Source: Perkinsus olseni (Eukaryota). From it: a stretch of DNA of 64,000 bases. Every line of letters starts with the position of its first letter. Within the stretch, counting starts at the first letter, position 1. The position numbers were made by a program, and so were the translations under genes. Under the pieces are notes generated by a model. The model did no database searches. It was not told the DNA's origin and saw only the letters and a list, made by a program, of their open reading frames with translations. The stretch lies in NCBI GenBank assembly GCA_013115125.1, contig JABANN010000013.1, forward strand, positions 1 through 64,000, read 5' to 3'. Below, piece by piece: positions 1-11,379 of the stretch.

Positions 1-228
1 ACTCGTAAAAGCTTCGTACTAACGGAGAAAGCTCACTTTTTGCGAATTGCATATCAAAAGCGAACGCACTGTACGAGGGGAGGAAGAGGACAACCCAAAG
101 AGAAAAAAAGAAGCTAGGTGATCCAGGTCAAGAAAAGACCACATAGAGTTCTGCTATCAACATCAAACCGCTCAAAGAAATTCACACGATATGGTCACGT
201 CTGTGTATTTGGTCTAAAAGACTGCTCA

Positions 229-1748
229 CCTTGCCGACCAGTGGCCTCCTCTCGTAGGTGTTCCAGAACCGAACGTCCCCACCCGTGCCCCCAGTCGCAC
301 AGAGCGTGTGGGTTGGATGATGGGCCAGTCCCCACATCTCGCCGCCATGTGCCACCTGAGCGCACAATAGACGCCCATCGCGTGGCCAGCTACAGCCTAC
401 CTGCACCACTGCAATGATCGCCCTTCCTGTGACGTCGAAATGGAGCAGGCTATGGCCGGCAGTGCCCAGCAGGGCCGTGACCCTTCTCCCGGGACACACC
501 GCTATGCTATTGAATCTAGCGCCGCCAGTGGAATCTAAACCGTGAATGAGCAACGCACAATAACGGGAGCCTCCTACTGCCAACTCCCACGAGCCGCTTG
601 ACGTCTCCAGTCCGGCCCGTTCCAGCGAGGTCCTTGATGCTCTGCTGCCACATCGTCTTCAACCTCCCGCTAGGACCACCGCCTATCAGTGCAATCTCGC
701 CACCGTGTGTTGCCGCCAAAATCGTGCCATCGGGCAGACCGGCGGCACAACCCACTTTGTGAGGGCCTAGGGACACCGCTTGGGTCGCCACGCCGTTTTG
801 CAGAAGATAGAGGTACCCGTTGCAGCCACACAGAAACGACATGTCAACGGAAAAGCCGGCACACTGTGGTTGTTTACTAGGTGGTGACTGGCCAAAGGTG
901 CCTCGCTTGCATGCGAGCTCGCCAGTCTGCCGATCAACTTTCCAGAACTTGTAGTGTCCCTCGCCTACCGACAGGAGGGCCGAGCCTTTAGAAGCAGTCA
1001 GAGAGAAGGTTGGACTGCGACCACTGCTCATAGTGAACACGGGTGTGGTTATTCTCGGCGGTTTCAATGGCACACCGTCGCTCCCGCGGCCGGGCGGGCG
1101 ATGCGGCAGGCGGGTCCATACGGCCACCATGTTAGCGTCGTCAGTACCAATACTGACCAGCATGCTACCACCATGGACGAACGCCACCGCACTGACGCTC
1201 CTTTGATGGTAGTGCAACTGAGCGACAGTCTCGGTAGGGGTGTCGGGGCGCCACAGACAGACGAAGGGACCCTCGATGCCCTTGGGGTCCTGCTGACCGC
1301 TGGCAGCCAACCCAGTCTCCTCAGAGTAGTCCAGGCAGAGGACGTCGGCCGAGTGACCTTCGAAGTACCGCTGGGAAGAATCTTCCAGCGTGTGCATGAC
1401 CACCATCGACCCTAGAGGGTACATCGCAACACGCCCATCATCGATAATTCTCAGGGAGCCCCGAACCTCGCCGTTGTAGCCATAGACAACGTCCTTCTCA
1501 AGCTCCCAGTCAGGAACCTGCGCTTGCTTCGGATCGGGCCGCCAGTCCGTCGGCGGGAACACAAGACCGTAGCTGCGGCCGAAGACGACCCGCATAGCTC
1601 CATCGGGGCCTTGCTTCGGCAACTCTCGGGTCCAGCCTGGCTCAGCAGGGGGCGAGTGTGCCTTGGGAGGGAACTTTGGCACCGCCACATGCTGCTTGCC
1701 ATACGTGCGTGGCCGCCTAGGCAAAGACGTGTTGAAAAGAAGGCTCAT
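229..1748 (-). CDS. EML (echinoderm microtubule-associated protein-like) WD40 protein, 5' part; multi-exon, probably continues past the window start
   Basis: HELP-like motif PDWELEKDVVYGYNGEVRGSL, followed by WD40 repeats (QRYFEGHSADVLCLD, ASGQ, HQRSVSAVAF, AHGGEMWGLAHHP, VRFWN). The last visible exon ends at a GTGAG donor near 229. Confidence 0.75.
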
Positions 1749-1978
1749 GACTAGCGAAAAAAGTCACCACCGACCAAGCCACATTGATAACCCAAGGCGA
1801 CTTCGAACCAGACAATACTAATGCTTCAAACGAATAAACGGGAGGAAGTTAACTTCCAATCACTGTGTTAAAAGCCAACTCGCAGACGTCAACTATGACG
1901 GTGGAGTTGACAGAGAGTATCTCCAAATGGTCTGGTCTAGCAGGCCTTTTCTGAAATAATTCTGAAATTCTGATCACC

Positions 1979-3307
1979 CTACTGACCGTTGTCCTTCTCG
2001 CCACGTTGCTCCCGGATAGCATCCCGAGCATTGGCAGTAGCACCGAAGGTCTTGGAAAGCAGCTGTTCCTTGTCGAACTCGGACACCTTCATGAACCTCT
2101 TCAGATCCACCTTCCTCGAGTCCTCCTTCGCCTGCCTGTCTCTCTCCAGCTGCTCATCACGCATCCTCAGCGCAGTAGCTCCGCCGCCACCGAGCACTGC
2201 GATGTCACTGATATCCGACTCCCTCATGCTATCGTCGTCATCATCGTCGTCAACAGCACTCAGGATCTGCCCCGCGTCATAAGTAGCATCATAGTCCATC
2301 ACGCTAGCCTTAGTAAGGTCCTCGTTGATCCACACACGGCAGTCGCCTTCTCCGCCACTCCTGCCACCAAAGCCGAGGCCCTTCGCCCTCAGCTTGTTCT
2401 TCGCGTTCAGATACACGTAGTTGTCGGCGCTCGAGCGCGTGCGGCCTCGGATGACGCGGATCTCCAGCTCCAGCTGATACAGCGTGGTCGTGACGGCGAT
2501 CTTGTTAAAGAGATCATACCCACCCTTCGCGCTGGCGTCAGGGACAATGGTATCCTTGGACCAATCCAGAGCACTACCAGTAGCTGCACCCCACACACGG
2601 CCCTTGGTGTCTTTAATAATGAGAACAGTAGGGCCCGGGTAAAGGCCTGAATTGCTCATCAGCCGCTGCAGCGAACGGCCGTGTGCTGAGCTCCAGTAAA
2701 GCGTACTCAGCGACGGCATCAGGTCCGGGTATATGGTCCTTAGCAAGAGAACATGGTACTCCTTCACGAACTTGGGCGCACTCGAGGTCGAGTCGGCCGT
2801 CTGACCATCGCTGTCCATGCAAAGCGCACATCTTAGCGACTCGTTGAACACCGGGCCTATGCCAGGCATCATAGTTTGGAAGTCGTAAACCTCGGAGCTC
2901 TCAGCAATCTTGATATCCCTGGGCGGCTCGGTCGGATCGATAGACGCAACCACGAACTGTAGGACGACATGGGGCGTCCCGAACGCCTGAATCAGGGAGG
3001 CCCAGTCGGCCCGGTTGGCCAGGAGCTCCGCTGAGCTCTCGACCATCTTATCAACCGTGGCCGACTTGACACCACCGCCAGATATGAACTCGAATAACGC
3101 TGGCGCGAAGGGCTTGTAGGCGACCGAGAGATGATCGCTGAGGGACTCCAGTGTAACACGGCCGTCCGCTGCAGCTGCCTTGAAGAAAGCATGGAGGCTG
3201 TTCATATCCGCTTCCGGTAGGGCGCGGCTGGTTGGGCCAGTCGTGGCGGCGTCACTCGATGTAGCAATAGCGGGCGAGTCCGCCGATGTAGACGTATGAT
3301 TTCCCAT
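1979..3307 (-). CDS. TLDc-domain protein (MEAK7/TLDC1-like), intronless, likely N-myristoylated
   Basis: TLDc motifs LYWSSAHGRSLQRL, GPTVLIIKDTKGRVWGA, NYVYLN, GLGFGG and VWINEDL. The first true ATG in good context gives MGNHTS (G2, S6). Confidence 0.75.
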   Translation of the reverse strand: MGNHTSTSADSPAIATSSDAATTGPTSRALPEADMNSLHAFFKAAAADGRVTLESLSDHLSVAYKPFAPALFEFISGGGVKSATVDKMVESSAELLANRADWASLIQAFGTPHVVLQFVVASIDPTEPPRDIKIAESSEVYDFQTMMPGIGPVFNESLRCALCMDSDGQTADSTSSAPKFVKEYHVLLLRTIYPDLMPSLSTLYWSSAHGRSLQRLMSNSGLYPGPTVLIIKDTKGRVWGAATGSALDWSKDTIVPDASAKGGYDLFNKIAVTTTLYQLELEIRVIRGRTRSSADNYVYLNAKNKLRAKGLGFGGRSGGEGDCRVWINEDLTKASVMDYDATYDAGQILSAVDDDDDDDSMRESDISDIAVLGGGGATALRMRDEQLERDRQAKEDSRKVDLKRFMKVSEFDKEQLLSKTFGATANARDAIREQRGEKDNGQ

Positions 3308-3740
3308 AATAACAAAGAATCTTAACTCGAAGGATGCAGGATACGGGTAATTTAGGATCCCCTGGCACCGAATAAGCACAGCTGCGGTCAACAAAGTCGA
3401 GCGTGGTGGATGGCCTGCGTGGTGGCTACGGTGACCACTGGCCGACTGCATACCAGCCCAGAGCATCTAGCGCCTACATCACACAATATCTGTCTCCTGT
3501 GCCACAGAGACCGGGCAAACTCCTGCCATGCCCGACCGTAACACGACAGCGAAGAATCAGAACGGTCGATGCTACTTATGTAGCCGTAAAGTCAATGACC
3601 ATCACAGTTCGATCCATTGTATAGTGCAAGCTCATTCATCACAGTAATAATAATACTCTATGCAGGGGACTAGCCCCCCGAAGGCGGCTCTCGACTCGTC
3701 TCTCCAACCGGAAGATTCGTGGCCTGAGCAGGAAACTTGA

Positions 3741-4700
3741 TCAACGCCGGCCGCTCCTCCTGGCTCTTCTTGCCTCAGAATTCCCTTGCCGTGGGCTCTG
3801 ATTGGCCTGTCCATCCATTTTCCGCTTCTTAGCAGCCTGCTTGTCATCTTGTGCACTCCCACCGTCGCCTTCGTCGGTTGCAGATGACACCGCCGGCTGC
3901 TCCGCATGTTGAGTCGCGGAGGCAGCCGATGAGGGTTCCTGCTCGCCCTGAAGGGAACACAAGTCCAGAGACAGCCCATCGAATGACACCACCACCTTCT
4001 CCTGTTGCTGGTGTTGTCCCTCCTCAGCACGACGCCTCTCCCTGGCAGCCTCGGCCAAGGCCGTCAGCCACCGTTGGTATTGCCTTAGCTGCTCATGATA
4101 CTGCAGTTCGACTAATTGCCGAGCCTCTCGAGGCGTCAGATTCCGTTTGATATCAGAAGGGCTCGGCTTGTCCACCGGCATGTCGGCCATCAAAGGCTGC
4201 GCCGAGGGCGGCAGAACGGCAGCTGAGGCGGAGCAGTGAGGGGGTAGTGGAGCAGAAGCTGCATCTCTACCTTGGGGCTGAGAACCCGTGTATTGGGTAA
4301 GGCCATCGACTGGGGGTTGAGCCGAGTCCTGCTTCTTAGCATCAGCCTCGCTCTCATCAGCTACTTTCGGAATCGCTGGGCCTGCCACACGAGGACAACA
4401 CTATTGATCGCAAATTCTCGAAGTACTACCGAGGGAAGGCATAGAGGTGCAGGTCCTATTCTACAGGCCGAGCTTTGAGAGCCCGAAGTTGTCAAGTGGA
4501 GCACGAAGCCTACCATCCTTCTTATCGGCCTCCTCATGGCCTTCTTCGACCGTCTCTGCCTTCTCCACCTCCTCCTGCTTGTGGTCGTTCTCACCGCCAA
4601 CATCCACCTGCGGCTCCTCCTGCTCGGCCTTCTCCTTCTCCACCACAGCGACCTTGGCGCGAGTCATCACGCCGCCCGTCGAGACGGTCGTCTCAGACAT
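3741..4700 (-). CDS. Hypothetical low-complexity protein with a coiled coil and basic NLS; 2 exons
   Basis: ORFs 4461-4700 and 3741-4388 join in frame through a GTAGG...GCAG intron at 4382-4513 (DKKD-G-PAIPK). KKRK motif near the C-terminus. Confidence 0.5.
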
Positions 4701-4878
4701 GTGGTATCACTACCGAGGACGCGAAAAGCGATCAAGCAGGGCTCATGCGATTGGGTCAACACTGCACTGCTACGGAATCAGAAAAGTAGTCCGCCACTGC
4801 GGCAGCGATATTAAAAAGTGAAAAATGTCACGAGTCAACTAGCAACAAAAAAATCTTAACTTGACGATGGCACTAATC

Positions 4879-7800
4879 TCAGAAAACTTGCTCGGCCTTG
4901 CTGCCGTAGCCACCCCCACCCGGAGTCAGCAGCCTTAGTCGATCACCTCTGGCCATCTGGACGGTCCTCTTGCCACCGATATTAACCTCCTGAGCTGCTT
5001 CTCGCTTCAACCACAGGTTCAATCCCTTCATCCCGGACCCTCCTCCTGCCATGCCGTACGGTGCCTTCGCCCTGCGCTCCGTCAGCACGGACACGTGGAG
5101 CGGACGAATGAACTCGAGCTCGCGCAGGACACCGCAGCCGCCACGGTGGACGCCGCCACCACCACTGCCCTCGCGAAGGCCGAAGTGACGGACAATGCAG
5201 GGATAGCGGCGCTCCATGATCTCAACATCAGTGATCCTCGTGTTAGTCATGTGCGTGTGGACCCCGCTGACGCCGTCCCAAGTCGGGCCAGCGCCCGAGC
5301 CGCCGGCGACAGTCTCGTAGTAGCCGAAGGTTGCATCACCGAAGGTCACGTTGTTCATGCAGCCACAGCTAGCGGCACAGAATTGGAAGGCACGGAAGAT
5401 AACGTCTACCACCCTCTGGCTGGTGACAACATTGCCGCCCACAACGGCCGCCTCGGGCGACGGGTTGAGCATGCAGTGGCCGCGCTGAGGGAGGATTACA
5501 CGGACGGCTTCAAGGCAGCCTTGATTGAGGGGGATGTCCGAGTCGACCATACAGCGCAGGCAGTAGATGACCGCCGACATGGTCACGGCTGGCGGGGCAT
5601 TGGTGTTGCCGACCACCTCGGGACCAGATCCTGTGAAATCGAACACGGCACTAGCTCTCTCGGCACCGTCCTCCTGGTGCAGACGAACCTGTCAAGACAC
5701 TCAGATCAGAACACCCGGGTTCGATCCCCACAGTTGTCAACTCTCTTACCCTCAGCTTAATTACACTGCCGTCGTCCATAGAGTCTTCCGCTTCTCCTTC
5801 GGTACCGTGCTTCTTAGACCACGTGTACAGCATGCCCAATACAGCCTGGCGAGCGTTCTCTCTGATGTGATGCATGTACGCATGGACAACATCCAACCCG
5901 TAAGATACGATCATCTCATGAACCAAAGATATGCCCTGCTGATTAGCCGCCACCTGCGCTCTCAAGTCCGCCAGGTTGTCCTCCAGATTCCTCGTCCCCG
6001 CCGTAGTGAGGAGCTCGGTGATCCCAGCCTCGTCGAAGCCTTGGTCGGCGCTGACCAGCTTGTGCGTGACGATAGCGCAGCCCTCCTCCGCTAGGCAGGT
6101 GGAGTTGGGTGGCATGCTCCCGGGTTCAATTCCCCCCACGTCCGCATGATGCCCTCTTGAGGCCACCACGAAGGCCACTTTGCCCCCTTCAAAAACAGGC
6201 GTCATGACCGTTATGTCCGGCAAGTGGGAACCTCCCGCCAACTGCGGATGGTTCGACACCAGCACGTCCCCATGCTTGAGCTCGCCTTCCCATAAGCTCA
6301 GCTGAATCTTCACTGCCTCTTGCATGGCACCCAAGTGGACCGGTATGTGAGGAGCGTTAGCGATCAGACCGCCATCCGGACCGAAGACAGCACAGGAGAA
6401 GTCCAGGCGGTCCTTAACGTTAACACTGGTGGCCGTCCGCTGCAAACAGCGGCCCATTTGCTCAGCTATGCTCATGAACTTGTGGCTGAATATTGACAGC
6501 TGTATAGGGTCAGCCACTTCAATGTCCGTCACCTCATCACCGCCGCCCAGTTGCTTGACATCGATAACGTAGTCGCCATCGCCATTAACCTTAGCCGTGC
6601 AATCTGGTTCCACTACAATGGTACCAGTACTCTGGACTATTATGGCCGGGCCCCTCACCACTGCCCCTGGCTTCAGATTGGCCTCCAAGAACACCGGGGT
6701 TTTCTCTACTCGACCAACGCCCTCGAAGTAAACGCTTGCCAGCTCGTCATGCTCTGCCTCGTACTCCTCCGTGGACGGTGGGCGGGTGAACTCGAAGCCG
6801 TCCTCCTTAACGGCTCTGGCCCTCACCCTGATGTCGTCAATGAGCAGCTCCCTGCCAGTCATAAGGAAACCGTACTCCCTTCTATAAGCCCGTTCAAATG
6901 CATCTTGGTAGTCGCCATTGTCGCTGTCCTCAACAGCCGTCATGATGCTCGTATCGGTGCCCGAGTAGCGCATGTTTAAGAAGTACTTAGTGTGGATGTT
7001 GCCGCGATGGCCAGCCCTCTCCAATGCGCTGATCGCCTCCTTCTCCAACTCCCTCAAGGTGTCCATCCAGGGACCCGCCAGCTGCCACTTCTGTGCCGCA
7101 GGAACTTGCTTATCGACAACCTCGTCCGCGAGAGCCAGACCAAAGGCCGAGAGTACTCCCGAGAAGCGGTGGACGAAGACTGTGTCGATGCCGAGAGCCC
7201 GTGCCATCGCACAGGCGTGCTGACCCCCGGCGCCACCGAAGCACGCCAAGACGTGCGTCCGGACATCATAGCCTCTCATCTGAGTCATGTTACGGATGGG
7301 CCTGCACATAGCCTCGTTGGCGACTCTAATGTATCCCGCAGCGCAGGCATCGATATCGTCACCGAGGCCCATCTCCACGGACAGCTTCCGCAAGGCCCTG
7401 CGCGAGGCTTCAGTATCCAGAGGTTGATCCTGGGTCTCTCCAAAAATACGAGGAAAATGACTCGGCAAGAGCCTTCCCAAAACTAAGTTGGCATCCGTTA
7501 CGGCCAACTTCCCACCCTTCTTCCTGTAACACACCGGGCCAGGATGCGCCCCTGCCGACTCCGGGCCAACACACAGCAGACCGTGCTCATAGGTCAAGAG
7601 ACTACCGCCACCGGCTGCCACCGTAGTGATGTCCAGCTGAGGAGCCTGTACAGTAACGCCAGCGGTGACTGTCTCGTAGATGTGCTCGAACCCCACCCTA
7701 GGATCATAACGACTCACGTCAGTGGAGGTGCCGCCCATGTCGAAGCCCACCACCGCTACGTCGCTGCCAAGAGCGCGAGCCGTCGTCTTGGCGAAGCCCA

Positions 7801-8847
7801 CAACCCCGCCGGCCGGGCCGGACAGTATCGCCTTGTGACCAGTAAAGTCCTGCATCCGTGCCAAGCCTCCATCGGACTGCATGAACAACAGCCTTGTATT
7901 GTCAGTCTCAGTCAACGCTCGGTCGAAACCGTCACAGAAGTTCTTCAAGTACGTCCTTATAGTCGGTGTCAAGTAGGCGTCGGCCACCACTGTGTGCCCC
8001 CTCGCCACAGCCTTGGCCATCGCCAGCACTTCACTCGAGGCCGACACGTGAGCGAACCCCATAGACCGGCACAGATCCGCGACCTCCTTCTCGTGGTCCC
8101 CATAGATGTAGCTGTGCATAAGGAGGATGGCAACGCTGCTGATACCCTCGTCGAGGAGCCGCTGCAGCCTGGCCTTCAGCGTGGTCTTATCTAACGGTCG
8201 CTCGACTCTGACTTCCTCCCCCGTTCTCCCTCTGAGGACTTGCCCGGGAAGGTAGTCGGTCTCTCGAGCTAGGATCACACGTTCAGGCACTTCAACCACT
8301 TTCGTGTAGAGCGTGTCCGGCCGGCGTATTTTGACATCAAAGATAGCCGGGCGGGTCTGATTGCCAATCTCCAGCAGATCAGCGAAGCCCTCCGTGACCA
8401 GCAGGGCGCAAGGAGTGCCCTTACGCTCCAGCAAGGCATTGGTAGCCACGGTGGTACCCATACGAATGGACTCGATCCTCGAGCAGTCGACTGGCTTCTC
8501 CGGCGGGTGGGGCTTAGCAGTAAATTCCTGCAGAATTCGACGGATACCTTCCCTAGGGGCGTCCCTGAGACGACCCTAGATTCGCCACAACAAGGCTACC
8601 GGTACGGAAACCGTGAAAAAGCCTGTATATCCTCTGGCTCTATTTTGTATGGCGACATTCTCGAAATTCCGTAAACGGCGCAAATGAGGCCCCATTATTA
8701 CGAGTAATTGTCCGGATCCTCGGAGAGCAGCTTGCGGACTATCCTCTGATGGCCGCCGTGGCCATCAGGCACCTCGGCATAAACGTCCGTAAAGGTTCCG
8801 CCGCGGTCGATGGCAAAGCGGAACTTCGCGGCGTCGCGGGAAGTCAT
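4879..8847 (-). CDS. OPLAH: 5-oxoprolinase (ATP-hydrolysing), fused hydantoinase A/B type
   Basis: N-terminus [18 protein letters not shown]; motifs [58 protein letters not shown] and TPGGGGYG. Introns at 8565-8701 and 5689-5749 restore one reading frame. Confidence 0.95.
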
Positions 8848-9313
8848 CAGCAAGACGAAAATCTGATGACACTGGACAAATTACGAGACGATCGGCGAAC
8901 CCTCCACCCGACAGCAGTGACGCCTTGCTAGCTGGGAGAGCTGCGAAAGGACGAATCCTACCGATACAGCAAAACAACAAAGGACGTTCACGAAACACAA
9001 ATAGCGAAGCTTCAGACAACTGTGAACGCACAAGCCAGGGAATCGAAAGCAACTCATACTGGTACCGAACCTGGAAGGAGAACAGCAGGACGCCATACGA
9101 CGTCAAACGGCCAATGCATTGACAGGAAATCAGCAAGTGCCCCAGAAAAACGACGAAGCTGTTGACTATTACCTCACCCGGCAGCAGCGCATTCTGAGAT
9201 CATGTAGTCCTCCTTGACAAGCGTAGCTAACGAGCCACTCTGGTAAGTACGTAGGAAAAGAAAATAAGCAGTGAGAACTAGCAGCCACCATAGCCTCGAG
9301 GACCACTACTTCA

Positions 9314-10427
9314 TCACTGAGGCAACTCCCTCGAGTACCGCCACAGGAGTAGTACAGTGGCCCTCTCGTCCATCGGCAGTGTCCGTCGCCTGTATGCTTC
9401 ACACATCGCCTCCCATATCGGCTCTAAGTCGCCGTTCCTATAAGCTCTAGGTAGCTTCTCCATGATGGGTTGATAGGTCCGACTGAGGAGCTCCTCCAGG
9501 CACCTCTCCCTCATCTTCCCTATACGCTCGATACGGCAGCTGTATATCAGACTCGCACAGATCCGAGCCAGAGTCCACCCTTCACGAGGATGCTGCTGAA
9601 AGCCGCCTTCCGCCAGCGCTCGACCGATTTCTGGGTGAGGACGGTAGTTGGCCGGTACCGATGATGTCGTCCCTTTGGCCAACAAGAGCCCAACCAGCGG
9701 TGTCGGGCACCTGACCCCAGCAATCTTCGGACGCTCCCCTGCGGGATTTTCCAACCTCTCCCGAAAGGCCCTCTCATCCTCAAATCTCCGTCGGATCTCA
9801 GCCGCATGGCTACTTCCCTGATGCTGAGCTAATATGTGCCTATCAAGCTCCGATGGGTCAACCACCGCGTGGCAGCCCCTGACGGGACACCTTCGGTCGA
9901 CTTCATTCCGCTTGCGGTTACGCCGATAGGCAGCCCGCCTGCTGACCGAAGGCTCGCACCACTCCCAGTCTGAATCAAGTTCCTCTTCTTGCCCCTGCGG
10001 CTCGGCCCCCCCCCTTCCTCTCCATCCATCTTCTGGCGACTCTTGCTTCTCCCTACAATAGTTAGTGTCGTACATTGTGCGTCGCCGTTTCTCGGTCGGC
10101 ACACCACGGGCATCTGCATAGCTGCCGATAGAGGTCGTAGGGGGTATCTCGACCACGTGAGGATCTAGAAGAAGAAAAGACAACAATAAGGATCACTCCC
10201 TCCCTCGCCAGCCAAGAATGATGCGACGCACCGGGAGGGAGTTCTTGTTCGAACGGCTGCGCCGGGACGGGTGGTGGAGCCCAGCTCACAGTGCCAGGCG
10301 CTGGCAACCGTCCCGTGAGAGCCGCGAGGCGTATCGGCCGCATGCTGGCCTCATATTCTGCCAAAGCATTCAAGAAGCCCGCTAAATCGCCCTTGATGTA
10401 CACGGGGGAGCCACGGCGATTGCTCAT
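9314..10427 (-). CDS. Lineage-specific C2H2-like zinc-finger protein, paralog 1 (2 exons)
   Basis: CPVRGC-x11-H-x4-H plus a conserved C-terminal domain shared with 11380-13275 and 13595-14554. A GTGCGT...CTAG intron at 10165-10231 joins ORF 10062-10427 to ORF 9314-10186 in frame. Confidence 0.6.
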
Positions 10428-11379
10428 AATGACGGGAAGTAATATGCATGAACTGTTGAACCAATCGACTGAAGCGGCATTCTCGCCGCTAGTGTATCAG
10501 GGGAGCGAAGTTCTCTCACGTCAGGAGATCAGCGAGGATACTGTTGAGCCTAATGACGCCGACTGCTCTCCCGGTAGAATCCCACTGGACGTGGCCGAGG
10601 TGCCGTATTCCTTCTCACACTTCTGCTGTCCATGACAAGCTCTATCTCGAGCGATTCTGACTAAGGTGGGCCGTCATGACGACAATGTCGCTTCCACGAC
10701 AGCTCTCTTAACCTAGCAGGTCATTCTGCTCCGGAAGGTACCGTTGCCGTGCTCAGCACGGCGTGCTGACTTGGCGATCTTGCACAATAAGACGTTAGCC
10801 AGTGAAACTCCGCACGGTGTACTCACCGCGAAGACTTCACGGATTTTTGTCGGCCATCATTCTGCTCCCCATACTACCTTCCGAGTACCTTCTCATTCCT
10901 GCCATCGAAGGACGATTTCCTCTGGAAAAGAAGACCAGCCAACAACACCTTCCACTCTCGAGGCGCAGGAGGTGGTGAAACCCTCGTAGCTATGATACGG
11001 CGGAAAGATCAAGATCACCTAATGCAGCCAACGCAACAGAAAACCACGGAAAACGCAAGTAACACAGCTCCGTACAGCCGCTTGGCTCAGACGAGGAGGA
11101 CCCTCGAGGGCCATCTCACTCTACCTGAAGAGAAGGACTTGGCACGGCGTCACACACTTTCGAGAGTACAGTCGAAGTCTTAGGAAAACATACCGTTGAC
11201 CTCACCTCAATATCCTCTACGTTGATAAAGCATCTCTCTTAACGATTCCCAAATGGGAAGCTATCGTAATCAGCCGCTTCCATGGTTCTAACCAGGTCCT
11301 GCTCGAACAAAATACCTATCTAATCTACTGAGGGTTGAACTACCAGAGCGCAGTCAAGCGTCATCATCATCATCACTCT

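Noticed and set aside
5714-5740. tRNA T-arm / B-box-like GGGTTCGATCCCC inside an oxoprolinase intron
   Set aside because: No acceptor stem, D arm or anticodon arm could be built upstream, and that sequence overlaps the exon.
5095-8579. Long plus-strand ORFs antisense to oxoprolinase (similar ones overlap UTP25, the TLDc gene and RPL10A)
   Set aside because: Shadow ORFs caused by GC-rich codon usage; no recognisable motifs.
11069-11090. Resemblance to the perkinsid spliced leader (CCGTA...CTTGGCTCA)
   Set aside because: Several mismatches and indels, and no GT donor follows.
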